DNA of 64,000 nucleotides from Eledone cirrhosa (GCA_964016885.1 OZ024756.1:9982001-10046000); one strand, 5' to 3'. Positions 49,350-63,819 are shown, numbered from the stretch's first letter. Translations and numbers: made by a program. The notes: generated by a model from the letters alone, not told the origin.

Positions 49350-49662
49350 AAAGATAGTAGTCATGACCTCTCCTGGGTTAGTAGTCATAACCTGGGTTAA
49401 AGATAGTACTCATGACCTGGGTTAAAGATAGTAGTCATGACCTGGGTTAAAGATAGTAGTCATGACCTGGGTTAAAGATAGTACTCATGACATGGGTTAA
49501 AGATAATAGTCACGACCTGGGTTAAAGATAGAAGTCATGACCTGACCTCGGTTAAAGATAGAAGTCATGACCTGACCTCGGTTAAAGATAGAAGTCACGA
49601 CCTGGGTTAAAGATAGAAGTCATGACCTAACCTCGGTTAAAGATAGAAGTCACTACCTGGGT
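49350..49662. repeat. 25/30-bp minisatellite (tcatgacctgggttaaagatagtag)
   Basis: Direct inspection. Confidence 0.92.
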
Positions 49663-49846
49663 TTTAAAACACTATTTATTATTTAGTGGTAAAATAAGCT
49701 TCCAAGACAACTAGCTAGAGTTGTGTCCTGTCAGGGTTTACCAGAAAAATAGACTTTAAAAGCATGTTTGTCTATTTTACTGGTACTGGCTGCATAACCT
49801 ATTCATAAAGCTTCATACCCACCTGGAGAAATAAACAAAGACATTG

Positions 49847-52800
49847 AAGAAACTATTCCAGTATGGCCATTTCTGGAGATGATAGACACCAGGCCAAGAA
49901 ACTATTCCAGTATGGCCATTTCTGGAGATGATAGACACTAGGCCAAGAAACTATTCCACTATGGCCATATCTGGAGATGATAGACACTAGGCCAAGAAAC
50001 TATTCCACTATGGCCATATCTGGAGATGATAGACACTAGGCCAAGAAACTATTCCACTATGGCCATATCTGGAGATGATAGACACTAGGCCAAGAAACTA
50101 TTCCACTATGGCCATTTCTGGAGATGATAGACACCAGGCCAAGAAACTAGTCCAGTATAGCCATTTCTGGAGATGATAGACACTAGGCCAAGAAACTATT
50201 CCACTATGGCCATTTCTGGAGATGATAGACACTAGGCCAAGAAACTATTCCACTATGGCCATATCTGGAGATGATAGACACTAGGCCAAGAAACTATTCC
50301 AGTATGGCCATTTCTGGAGATGATAGACACTAGGCCAAGAAACTATTCCACTATGGCCATATCTGGAGATGATAGACACTAGGCCAAGAAACTATTCCAC
50401 TATGGCCATATCTGGAGATGATAGACACTAGGCCAAGAAACTATTCCACTATGGCCATATCTGGAGATGATAGACACTAGGCCAAGAAACTATTCCACTA
50501 TGGCCATATCTGGAGATGATAGACACTAGGCCAAGAAACTATTCCACTATGGCCATTTCTGGAGATGATAGACACCAGGCCAAGAAACTAGTCCAGTATA
50601 GCCATTTCTGGAGATGATAGACACTAGGCCAAGAAACTATTCCAGTATGGCCATTTCTGGAGATGATAGACACTAGGCCAAGAAACTATTCCACTATGGC
50701 CATATCTGGAGATGATAGACACTAGGCCAAGAAACTATTCCACTATGGCCATATCTGGAGATGATAGACACTAGGCCAAGAAACTATTCCACTATGGCCA
50801 TTTCTGGAGATGATAGACACTAGGCCAAGAAACTATTCCACTATGGCCATATCTGGAGATGATAGACACTAGGCCAAGAAACTATTCCACTATGGCCATA
50901 TCTGGAGATGATAGACACTAGGCCAAGAAACTATTCCACTATGGCCATATCTGGAGATGATAGACACTAGGCCAAGAAACTATTCCACTATGGCCATATC
51001 TGGAGATGATAGACACTAGGCCAAGAAACTATTCCACTATGGCCATATCTGGAGATGATAGACACTAGGCCAAGAAACTATTCCAGTATAGCCATTTCTG
51101 GAGATGATAGACACTAGGCCAAGAAACTATTCCAGTATGGTCATATCTGGAGATGATAGACACTAGGCCAAGAAACTATTCCACTATGGCCATTTCTGGA
51201 GATGATAGACACCAGGCCAAGAAACTATTCCAGTATAGCCATTTCTGGAGATGATAGACACTAGGCCAAGAAACTATTCCACTATGGCCATATCTGGAGA
51301 TGATAGACACTAGGCCAAGAAACTATTCCAGTATGGTCATATCTGGAGATGATAGACACTAGGCCAAGAAACTATTCCAGTATAGCCATTTCTGGAGATG
51401 ATAGACACTAGGCCAAGAAACTATTCCACTATGGCCATTTCTGGAGATGATAGACACCAGGCCAAGAAACTATTCCAGTATAGCCATTTCTGGAGATGAT
51501 AGACACTAGGCCAAGAAACTATTCCAGTATAGCCATTTCTGGAGATGATAGACACTAGGCCAAGAAACTATTCCAGTATGGCCATTTCTGGAGATGATAG
51601 ACACTAGGCCAAGAAACTATTCCAGTATAGCCATTTCTGGAGATGATAGACACTAGGCCAAGAAACTATTCCAGTATGGTCATATCTGGAGATGATAGAC
51701 ACTAGGCCAAGAAACTATTCCACTATGGCCATTTCTGGAGATGATAGACACTAGGCCAAGAAACTATTCCACTATGGCCATATCTGGAGATGATAGACAC
51801 TAGGCCAAGAAACTATTCCAGTATGGTCATATCTGGAGATGATAGACACTAGGCCAAGAAACTATTCCAGTATAGCCATTTCTGGAGATGATAGACACTA
51901 GGCCAAGAAACTATTCCACTATGGCCATTTCTGGAGATGATAGACACCAGGCCAAGAAACTATTCCAGTATAGCCATTTCTGGAGATGATAGACACTAGG
52001 CCAAGAAACTATTCCACTATGGCCATTTCTGGAGATGATAGACACTAGGCCAAGAAACTATTCCAGTATAGCCATTTCTGGAGATGATAGACACTAGGCC
52101 AAGAAACTATTCCACTATGGTCATATCTGGAGATGATAGACACTAGGCCAAGAAACTATTCCAGTATAGCCATTTCTGGAGATGATAGACACTAGGCCAA
52201 GAAACTATTCCACTATGGTCATATCTGGAGATGATAGACACCAGGCCAAGAAACTATTCCAGTATAGCCATTTCTGGAGATGATAGACACTAGGCCAAGA
52301 AACTATTCCACTATGGTCATATCTGGAGATGATAGACACTAGGCCAAGAAACTATTCCACTATGGTCATATCTGGAGATGATAGACACCAGGCCAAGAAA
52401 CTATTCCACTATGGCCATATCTGGAGATGATAGACACTAGGCCAAGAAACTAGTCCAGTATGGCCATTTCTGGAGATGATAGACACTAGGCCAAGAAACT
52501 ATTCCACTATGGCCATATCTGGAGATGATAGACACTAGGCCAAGAAACTATTCCAGTATGGTCATATCTGGAGATGATAGACACTAGGCCAAGAAACTAT
52601 TCCAGTATGGTCATATCTGGAGATGATAGACACTAGGCCAAGAAACTATTCCACTATGGCCATATCTGGAGATGATAGACACTAGGCCAAGAAACTATTC
52701 CACTATGGCCATATCTGGAGATGATAGACACTAGACCAAGAAACTATTCCACTATGGCCATATCTGGAGATGATAGACACTAGGCCAAGAAACTATTCCA

Positions 52801-55800
52801 CTATGGCCATATCTGGAGATGATAGACACTAGACCAAGAAACTATTCCAGTATAGCCATTTCTGGAGATGATAGACACTAGGCCAAGAAACTATTCCACT
52901 ATGGCCATTTCTGGAGATGATAGACACCAGGCCAAGAAACTATTCCAGTATGGTCATATCTGGAGATGATAGACACCAGGCCAAGAAACTATTCCACTAT
53001 GGCCATATCTGGAGATGATAGACACTAGGCCAAGAAACTAGTCCAGTATGGCCATTTCTGGAGATGATAGACACTAGGCCAAGAAACTATTCCACTATGG
53101 CCATATCTGGAGATGATAGACACTAGGCCAAGAAACTATTCCAGTATGGTCATATCTGGAGATGATAGACACTAGGCCAAGAAACTATTCCAGTATGGTC
53201 ATATCTGGAGATGATAGACACTAGGCCAAGAAACTATTCCACTATGGCCATATCTGGAGATGATAGACACTAGGCCAAGAAACTATTCCACTATGGCCAT
53301 ATCTGGAGATGATAGACACTAGACCAAGAAACTATTCCACTATGGCCATATCTGGAGATGATAGACACTAGGCCAAGAAACTATTCCACTATGGCCATAT
53401 CTGGAGATGATAGACACTAGACCAAGAAACTATTCCAGTATAGCCATTTCTGGAGATGATAGACACTAGGCCAAGAAACTATTCCACTATGGCCATTTCT
53501 GGAGATGATAGACACCAGGCCAAGAAACTATTCCAGTATGGTCATATCTGGAGATGATAGACACCAGGCCAAGAAACTATTCCACTATGGCCATATCTGG
53601 AGATGATAGACACTAGGCCAAGAAACTAGTCCAGTATGGCCATTTCTGGAGATGATAGACACTAGGCCAAGAAACTATTCCACTATGGCCATATCTGGAG
53701 ATGATAGACACTAGGCCAAGAAACTATTCCAGTATGGTCATATCTGGAGATGATAGACACTAGGCCAAGAAACTATTCCAGTATGGTCATATCTGGAGAT
53801 GATAGACACTAGGCCAAGAAACTATTCCACTATGGCCATATCTGGAGATGATAGACACTAGGCCAAGAAACTATTCCACTATGGCCATATCTGGAGATGA
53901 TAGACACTAGACCAAGAAACTATTCCACTATGGCCATATCTGGAGATGATAGACACTAGGCCAAGAAACTATTCCACTATGGCCATATCTGGAGATGATA
54001 GACACTAGACCAAGAAACTATTCCACTATGGCCATTTCTGGAGATGATAGACACTAGGCCAAGAAACTATTCCAGTATGGTCATTTCTGGAGATGATAGA
54101 CACTAGGCCAAGAAACTATTCCAGTATAGCCATTTCTGGAGATGATAGACACTAGGCCAAGAAACTATTCCACTATGGCCATTTCTGGAGATGATAGACA
54201 CTAGGCCAAGAAACTATTCCACTATGGCCATTTCTGGAGATGATAGACACCAGGCCAAGAAACTATTCCACTATGGCCATTTCTGGAGATGATAGACACT
54301 AGACCAAGAAACTATTCCACTATGGCCATTTCTGGAGATGATAGACACTAGGCCAAGAAACTATTCCAGTATGGCCATTTCTGGAGATGATAGACACTAG
54401 GCCAAGAAACTATTCCACTATGGCCATTTCTGGAGATGATAGACACCAGGCCAAGAAACTATTCCACTATGGCCATTTCTGGAGATGATAGACACTAGGC
54501 CAAGAAACTATTCCACTATGGCCATATCTGGAGATGATAGACACTAGGCCAAGAAACTATTCCAGTATGGCCATTTCTGGAGATGATAGACACTAGGCCA
54601 AGAAACTATTCCACTATGGCCATATCTGGAGATGATAGACACTAGGCCAAGAAACTATTCCAGTATAGCCATTTCTGGAGATGATAGACACTAGGCCAAG
54701 AAACTATTCCAGTATAGCCATTTCTGGAGATGATAGACACTAGGCCAAGAAACTATTCCAGTATAGCCATTTCTGGAGATGATAGACACTAGGCCAAGAA
54801 ACTATTCCACTATGGCCATTTCTGGAGATGATAGACACTAGGCCAAGAAACTATTCCAGTATGGCCATTTCTGGAGATGATAGACACTAGGCCAAGAAAC
54901 TATTCCAGTATAGCCATTTCTGGAGATGATAGACACTAGGCCAAGAAACTATTCCAGTATAGCCATTTCTGGAGATGATAGACACTAGGCCAAGAAACTA
55001 TTCCAGTATAGCCATTTCTGGAGATGATAGACACTAGGCCAAGAAACTATTCCACTATGGCCATTTCTGGAGATGATAGACACTAGGCCAAGAAACTATT
55101 CCAGTATGGCCATTTCTGGAGATGATAGACACTAGGCCAAGAAACTATTCCAGTATAGCCATTTCTGGAGATGATAGACACTAGGCCAAGAAACTATTCC
55201 AGTATAGCCATTTCTGGAGATGATAGACACTAGGCCAAGAAACTATTCCAGTATGGCCATTTCTGGAGATGATAGACACTAGGCCAAGAAACTATTCCAG
55301 TATAGCCATTTCTGGAGATGATAGACACTAAGCCAAGAAACTATTCCAGTATGGCCATTTCTGGAGATGATAGACACTAGGCCAAGAAACTATTCCAGTA
55401 TAGCCATTTCTGGAGATGATAGACACTAGGCCAAGAAACTATTCCAGTATAGCCATTTCTGGAGATGATAGACACTAGGCCAAGAAACTATTCCAGTATG
55501 GTCATATCTGGAGATGATAGACACTAGGCCAAGAAACTATTCCAGTATGGTCATATCTGGAGATGATAGACACTAGGCCAAGAAACTATTCCAGTATAGC
55601 CATTTCTGGAGATGATAGACACTAGACCAAGAAACTATTCCAGTATAGCCATTTCTGGAGATGATAGACACTAGGCCAAGAAACTATTCCAGTATAGCCA
55701 TTTCTGGAGATGATAGACACTAGGCCAAGAAACTATTCCAGTATAGCCATTTCTGGAGATGATAGACACTAGGCCAAGAAACTATTCCAGTATAGCCATT

Positions 55801-57446
55801 TCTGGAGATGATAGACACTAGGCCAAGAAACTATTCCAGTATAGCCATTTCTGGAGATGATAGACACTAGGCCAAGAAACTATTCCAGTATAGCCATTTC
55901 TGGAGATGATAGACACTAGGCCAAGAAACTATTCCAGTATGGTCATATCTGGAGATGATAGACACTAGGCCAAGAAACTATTCCAGTATAGCCATTTCTG
56001 GAGATGATAGACACTAGACCAAGAAACTATTCCAGTATAGCCATTTCTGGAGATGATAGACACTAGACCAAGAAACTATTCCAGTATGGTCATATCTGGA
56101 GATGATAGACACTAGGCCAAGAAACTATTCCAGTATGGCCATATCTGGAGATGATAGACACTAGACCAAGAAACTATTCCAGTATAGCCATTTCTGGAGA
56201 TGATAGACACTAGGCCAAGAAACTATTCCAGTATAGCCATTTCTGGAGATGATAGACACTAGGCCAAGAAACTATTCCAGTCTGGCCATTTCTGGAGATG
56301 ATAGACACTAGGCCAAGAAACTATTCCAGTCTGGCCATTTCTGGAGATGATAGACACTAGGCCAAGAAACTATTCCAGTATGTCCATTTCTGGAGATGAT
56401 AGACACTAGGCCAAGAAACTATTCCAGTCTGGCCATTTCTGGAGATGATAGACACTAGGCCAAGAAACTATTCCAGTCTGGCCATATCTGGAGATGATAG
56501 ACACTAGGCCAAGAAACTATTCCAGTCTGGCCATTTCTGGAGATGATAGACACCAGGCCAAGAAACTATTCCAGTATAGCCATTTCTGGAGATGATAGAC
56601 ACTAGGCCAAGAAACTATTCCAGTCTGGCCATTTCTGGAGATGATAGACACCAGGCCAAGAAACTATTCCAGTATAGCCATTTCTGGAGATGATAGACAC
56701 TAGGCCAAGAAACTATTCCAGTATAGCCATTTCTGGAGATGATAGACACTAGGCCAAGAAACTATTCCAGTCTGGCCATTTCTGGAGATGATAGACACCA
56801 GGCCAAGAAACTATTCCAGTATAGCCATTTCTGGAGATGATAGACACTAGGCCAAGAAACTATTCCAGTATGGTCATATCTGGAGATGATAGACACTAGG
56901 CCAAGAAACTATTCCAGTCTGGCCATATCTGGAGATGATAGACACTAGGCCAAGAAACTATTCCAGTCTGGCCATTTCTGGAGATGATAGACACCAGGCC
57001 AAGAAACTATTCCAGTATAGCCATTTCTGGAGATGATAGACACCAGGCCAAGAAACTATTCCACTATGGCCATTTCTGGAGATGATAGACACCAGGCCAA
57101 GAAACTATTCCAGTATGGCCATTTCTGGAGATGATAGACACCAGGCCAAGAAACTATTCCACTATGGCCATTTCTGGAGATGATAGACACCAGGCCAAGA
57201 AACTATTCCACTATGGCCATTTCTGGAGATGATAGACACCAGGCCAAGAAACTATTCCAGTATGGCCATTTCTGGAGATGATAGACACCAGGCCAAGAAA
57301 CTATTCCACTATGGCCATTTCTGGAGATGATAGACACCAGGCCAAGAAACTATTCCACTATGGCCATATCTGGAGATGATAGACACTAGGCCAAGAAACT
57401 ATTCCACTATGGCCATTTCTGGAGATGATAGACACTAGGCCAAGAA
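49847..57446. repeat. 49-bp satellite array, ~155 copies (gaaactattccactatggccatatctggagatgatagacactaggccaa)
   Basis: Constant 49-bp period with a handful of variant positions. Confidence 0.98.
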
Positions 57447-57899
57447 TAACAGAAAAAAACTAGTCACAGGAAACTAAATCCGGAAATGGATGTGTTTTTT
57501 TAGACACAAAATCTTTACTGCAAGAGGAATGTCGGTGGGGATGGGTGTTAAATTTCCTACATAATCCATTCTCCATCACAGCAGCCTTTCTCCATCACAC
57601 CATCGCAGCAGCCCTGCTCCATCACTGCACACCACTAGTCACATCAGTAAGGGATAGAGCCTCATAGTATAGATTGGTAAGAAAAAAAAAAAAAATGTAA
57701 AAAGAATGGAGGTGGGATTGTGATGGCAAATAAGAATAGTAATGCTTGAATTATATTTCTTGTGTGTGTGTGGGGGGGCGGGTAAGGATAGCAAAAGACC
57801 TTCCAAATGATAATGGTTGAATAGTGGTAATAGACCCTGGTGAAGGGCATGGGGTGAGGTGGGGTAAGTAGATGGGTGGAATGGAATATGGTTAATTGT

Positions 57900-58630
57900 G
57901 ATGATGGTGGTGGTAGTGGTGCTGGTGCTGGTGGTGGTGGTGGTGGTGCTGAGATTTTGAGTGAAACACATCTGGGACCATCTCTTCACACATTACGTTA
58001 CACTAACATCACCAACAACAACACTACCACCACTACCACCACCACCACCACCATCACCACCACTACCACCATCACCTCCACTACCACCACCACCATCATC
58101 ACCACCATCACCACTACCACCACCACCACTACTACTACTACCACCATTACCACCACCACCACCATTACCACCACTACCACCACCACTACCATCACCATCA
58201 CCATCACCATCACCACCACACTACCACCACTACCATCACCATTACCACCATCACCACTAACACCACCACCATCACCACCACCACCACCATTACCACCACC
58301 ATTACCACCACCACCACACTACCACCACCACTACCATCACCACTACCACCACCACTACCACTATTACCACCACCACCATCACCACTAACACCACCACCAC
58401 ACTACCACCATCACCATCACCACCACCATTACCACCACCATCACCACTACCACCACCACTACCACCACCATTACCACCACTGCTACCTATGTGATTCTCA
58501 AATACAAATTTGTTATTTATAATTCCCATAATTAGTGACGACTGGTGGTGTAGTGGTGGTAATGTGGTGGTGGTGTAGTGGCAGTGGTGGTGGTAGTAGT
58601 GTAGTGGCAGTGGTGGTGGTGGTAGTGTTT
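57900..58630. repeat. (CAC)n / (GTG)n trinucleotide tracts
   Basis: Direct inspection. Confidence 0.9.
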
Positions 58631-59298
58631 CGGCGGGGGGGGGGGCAGCTGCTACTGATGACAGTGTTATTGTTAATGGTGATACTAGAATTGAGTGGTG
58701 GTAGTTGGGGGGGGGGGGGGGCAGGAGATGTAGTGAGAGAGGGAAGGAGGTGGGGTGTAATTCAGCAAAGTAGGTGCTTCTTAAAGGGTAGGAGGAGTGG
58801 GTAGATATTAAGATGGGTGTGGTGTCAAAAAATAAAAGAGGAGGGATATAAAGAAAGAAAGGAGGAAGTAATCTTCTGAAGTAGTGAAGATGTGTTGCAG
58901 TCACACTACCTCCTCCCAGCCCTCTCTACTGATATCCCAAAGACTTTTGTTTAGGGCTTTTTTTATTTATTTCTCCCTCTCTCCATGGTACACTGCATCA
59001 CAAGTGCAGGGCCATATTGCTCTGATATACAGTTGTCTCCTGGTATTTGTGGGGGTTTCTAGAGGACCCGAAAACAGTGAAAAACCGCGAACATTGGACG
59101 TGCTCCATAAAAAAAGCCTCTAAACATCGAATGTGAAATATAGGCTGGCAAATACGATATATTCTTATTAATAATTTAGCTTTAAAAAACGTCAAAAAAT
59201 ATATATATGCCCCGAAAAAGCCATTAAAAAATTGCAGAAGATATTTAGGATTCCGCGAATATGCGGTGGTTTCCACAAACAATTATATTATTATATTA

Positions 59299-59452
59299 TT
59301 ATTTTATCGACCCCGTAAGGATGAAAGGCAAAGTCAACCTCAAATCCCGCCGAGGTTGACTTTGCCTTTCATCCTTACGGGGTCGATAAAATAAAGTACC
59401 AGTAATGAACTGGGTAATTGCTGGCCTTGTGCCTAAAGTAGAAACAATTATT
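59299..59452 (+). mobile_element. SINE family B fragment with inverted duplication at its 5' end
   Basis: 59299-59340 is the reverse complement of 59353-59394. Confidence 0.85.
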
Positions 59453-59613
59453 AGGTTCTAAGGAAATTTCCACGAATACTGGAGGTACACTATATATATC
59501 TGGTAGTTTGAAGTGAAGGAGTTCTCCCTTTTTCTCTGTTGTTTCAGTGGAGGCCATGGGGGCACAGCCTGAATAAAATATTGAAAAATAATAATAATGA
59601 TAATTTTTTTTTA

Positions 59614-60101
59614 CTCTTTAGCATTTAAATATCCAGCCAGAATTCTCTCACCTCTCACCTCTTCCAGATGCTTATACTGACATTAACATATTGTTCTCAA
59701 CATAAATAATATCAAAATCTCATAGATTCAATATTATATGAGATATTATGTGAGGTAAAGACTTTACTGTGAAAATACAATAGTATATATAGAGAAATGT
59801 AAATGTTATGTGAGATATTATGTGAGGTAAAGCCTTTACTGTGAAAATACAATAGTATATATAGAATAATGTAAATGTTGTGTGAGATATTATGTGAGGT
59901 AAAGCCTTTACTGTGAAAATACAATAGTATATATAGAGTAATGTAAATGTTATGTGAGATATTATGTGAGGTAAAGCCTTTACTGTGAAAATACAATAGT
60001 ATATATAGAGTAATGTAAATGTTATGTGAGATATTATGTGAGGTAAAGCCTTTACTTTGAAAATACAATAGTATATATAGAGTAATGTAAATGGTAAAGG
60101 G
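59614..60101 (+). mobile_element. piggyBac-type MITE, empty copy, ~5 x 72-bp units
   Basis: CTCTTTAGCATTTA ... TAAATGGTAAAGGG|TTAA. Confidence 0.85.
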
Positions 60102-60119
60102 TTAAAAACAAAGTAGAGT

Positions 60120-60680
60120 CAGGGAGCGGCTCTACCTGAAGTGACTTTCTGATCTCCGAGCAACACACTTTATCAAGTAACCTTACTCTAAAGACCCTTT
60201 GGAGGAATCCCATTTCGGCCACTTGTATTCGCGATTGTATTCTTTTGGTCATTACCCAAGATTCATGACCATAGGTAAAGGTTGGCATGAAAACTGAATT
60301 GAAGACAGCGAGTTTGCCTTTTATGCCTACCTCCCTTTCTGATTACTGAATGCTGAAGCTGGCAAATTACTGCACCAGTTTAATTCTTGCACTTAATTCA
60401 GTCGTCTGCCTTCCAATCACTCTCTGAATTGAGAGATCACAGCTCCAATACTTTGGTCATTTGATTAGAATGTCTCAGGAAAGAATCGCTGGACAGATTT
60501 TATGGACAAACCAACTGGTAAGAGACCTAGGGGTAGACCCCGAGCAAGATGGTTGAATAACATCCATGAACTAGGCTAGTCTCAGTTGGAGACGGTTTCT
60601 TCTGACAGAACCTTCTAGAAAGAGTGTTTGAGGACCCTGTCCCCATGTCCCTCTCATGAATAAGTGGGCGAAGAAGAGGG
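60120..60680. mobile_element. RTE LINE C-terminal fragments in inverted arrangement
   Basis: Minus: PTFTYGHESWVMTKRIQSRIQVAEMGFL... (60120-60420). Plus continuation: ERSQLQYFGHLIRM...GRPRARWLNNI (60420-60680). Confidence 0.75.
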
Positions 60681-61346
60681 TAAAAAGAGAAGGAGCTACT
60701 GAAAGGGTAAAATATTTCTTTTTCTTTTGAAAAGAGTTAATTATTCTGATTTATGCACAAGGTCAGCAATTTGGGGGGGGGGGAGGAAAGTCAATATATA
60801 GCCACCAGAAATACTCTTAACTGCCTCCACAAACACACAGGGTCAGTTCTGTCTGTCCACAAATACTCTCTGGTCCTTCACATGGTTAGGGTCAGTTCTA
60901 TTTGTTCACAAATACTCTCTGGTACTTCACAGAGTTATGGTCAGTGCCGTTTGCTGTTGTCCTCCACTCTTCTTCAATTTCCCCCTCATTGTAACTGTTG
61001 GTTATAGACAGAGAAGGGTTCTTTAGTTTCTACGGGCTCCCATATGTTTAGATGGCAAAGCACACTCTATATGGTTGCTTGATCTGTTAAAAATAGCAAC
61101 CAAATCTCCCTCAAACTACATCCAACCATCTTAGAAAAGGTAGGCACATTGGATTATGTCAAATGTTCTTAAAGCCCCCCCCCCCCCGCCCGGGGGGGGT
61201 GTTTGGGTTGGTGGTAGAGATGATATAATAGTATATTAAATATCAAATGATATATATATATAAATATAGTAAAATAAAAAATATATAATACATAGTATAT
61301 TATATTATGCATTGTATATTATAATATTGTACATAGTATATATTAT

Positions 61347-61371
61347 CTATATATATAAAACTGATGTTGTC

Positions 61372-61405
<34 letters not shown>

Positions 61406-61421
61406 GATAAAACTGATGTTG

Positions 61422-61454
<33 letters not shown>

Positions 61455-61944
61455 CTGATGTTGTCTGTGTGTGTGTGTCCTCATTTTTGCAAAGTCTATA
61501 GAAATCCACATTTCTACTCCGATTGCCTTCAAACTTGCATTTATATATTCCTTGCGGTCTAAAGATATTAACTGCAGCTTTTATTTTTCAATTTTCTGTT
61601 GTTAAAGGGGTGTTAGGCGCCGGTTATCCATCTCCGTCGTCCTCTTATAATATCTGTCTGTATGCCTGGCTGTCTGCATTACGACATTCTGACAAACATT
61701 GATGACGTATTATGTTCGCTATTTTCCGTTCATTGCCAGGGAACATCTTCACAAACCAAAGTATCGTCTTCCTGTTTGCCTTTGGTTGCAACGTTTTTCG
61801 AAATATTTACTTCTGCGTTCACAGATTGATGTTTTTAGTTTCAGAAGATCCCGTTAAGGGTGAAAGCAACGATTCTTTGCTTAAACTTTAATCTGTTATT
61901 TTAATCTATATATGTATATATATATATATAAAACTGAGGAAGGA

Positions 61945-61975
<31 letters not shown>

Positions 61976-62554
61976 TAAACCTGAGAAGTACCCAGCCGAT
62001 CTTTTTCAAACTTTACATATGTATTACTTATATTTCAGGGAGTGTTATGCACATAAAAAAATTCAAGGTCCTGCATTAGGTCCCACATTAGATGAAAAAC
62101 TGCGTTTTTTCCAGCTTTTTAGGGTTTTTTTGAGGCGTTACGTCAGACCGATTTCCTTGAAATTGTAACTATGTATTAATCAGTCTCTTCTTCATACCGT
62201 GAGCAAAGAAAATCCAACTTTTTTATGGCCTAGGGCCGGCATTAGGCGAAAAGCTTCATTTTTTTTTTCAGCTTTTTAGGGCCTTTTTGAGGCGTTACGT
62301 CTAGCCAATTTTCCCGAAATTTCAAGGCATATTATGCACATAAAAAAAATTCATTTTCTTGATCCCCTAGCATTAGGTGAAAACCTGCCTTTTTCCTGCT
62401 TCATCGAGGAAAATCTTAGGTTATCAAGCCATCAGAGTATTCGGTTTATTTTCTTTACATATTGTCCAGGCATGCAGTTTTCTCACGATTAGGTCTGTTG
62501 GCGGCCCGCGTTCCAAAATACCTTATCCCGTGCAACGCCGGGTCTCACTGCTAG
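61347..62554 (+). mobile_element. Non-autonomous Helitron composite with multiple 5' ends
   Basis: Repeated tctatatatataaaactga starts and a 3' hairpin cccgtgcaacgccggg + CTAG|T. Confidence 0.75.
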
Positions 62555-62964
62555 TATTATATATTATATATAAATTAACGATTTTATTTATTATATATTA
62601 TTTACAATTTGTGTGTAGGTATGTCTCTCTGGAAATAGGGGGGGGGGGTATTACGTGGCCGTGAGGGGGGGGGGGGGGGGGCTAGAGTATTATGTGGACG
62701 TGAGGGTGGGGCTGACGGTATTATGTGGCCGTGAGAGGGGGCGCTGAGGGTATTATGTGGCCGTGAGGTGGGGGCTGAGGGTCTTGTGTGGCCATGAGAA
62801 CATCTGTATTTCCTGCACATAGAAAAAAAATGGTGGCATGGTCACAGTTGGAATGTCCTTGATTATAACTTCTGCTTGCTTGATTCAAGATGACATTAAG
62901 ACTAATAGTAACTTTATCATTTACACTATTATTACCACAACAATTATCACCATCATCATCTACG

Positions 62965-63081
62965 AAATTTTGATATTATTTAGAGAACAATACCTTAACA
63001 TAAGAATAAGCAGCCAGTTTGAAGAGAAAGAGGTGAGAGAATTCTGACTGGATATGGCTGGTTTAAATGCTAAAGGGTTAA
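62965..63081 (-). mobile_element. piggyBac-type MITE left-arm fragment
   Basis: ...tttaaatgctaaaggg|ttaa with MITE arm sequence. A similar fragment lies at 36224-36335. Confidence 0.7.
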
Positions 63082-63819
63082 ATATTGGGTCATCAAATAT
63101 GAAATTTGATGACCCAATAATACAAAACACTGGATTAAACAAATATTTAATTTGTGAACCTAACATTCTCTGAAAAACATACAATTTGTTTGCTGATTAT
63201 GTTTCTCAGTGAAAAAGCTCAATGGACGTTTGTCCAGAGCATCAATAATTCAAATATATTGTCAATCCAGACCACAAGAAGTGAATTTATATTTAACAGA
63301 TATAAATAAGATTAGACGGAGTTGTCCCAAAATCGATATTTGGTAATCAATAATTGATTACTTAGATCGATTTTCAATCCAGCTCTAGGAGCTACGAGAC
63401 AGCACTATAAGGAATTTTAATTTTCCACCTTAACACATGGTGTTTCCAAAATATTATGTTATATATGTAAATATATATATATATATAAAGTAATTCCGTC
63501 GGAAAGGTCCAGGAAAAAAGAGTGCTCTATGTAGGTTACAGAGCTTATTAGTTATGTAATAAACAAGATAAGATCATTATTTCGGGTGTTTTTCTGCTAG
63601 CATGTGTAGTGTGTTACACTGTCTTATGTAATCAGTAACGTAATCCATGATACATTAAAAAAAGACGATATTATATATAAACTGTATTAGGAGAAAATTA
63701 GTGATGGCCAACCGGAAGTGTTGACATTTGAAATTTTAAAGAAGTGAATCTTTAAATAAACAAAATATATTTAGTAGATAAATTATGTAATATTCATTCA
63801 TTATTTATTCAAAATCGAG

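Noticed and set aside
49847-49900. Satellite unit translating as KLFQYGHFWR, reminiscent of the LINE C-terminal 'WxGHxxR'
   Set aside because: Too short, and the flanks give no clear supporting homology.
49847-57446. CRISPR-like array
   Set aside because: Head-to-tail repeats without unique spacers, no cas genes, eukaryotic context.
61838-61875. cagaagatcccgttaagggtgaaagc hammerhead-like motif (also 19320-19360)
   Set aside because: Core deviates from CUGANGA in both copies and no stem I/III is evident.
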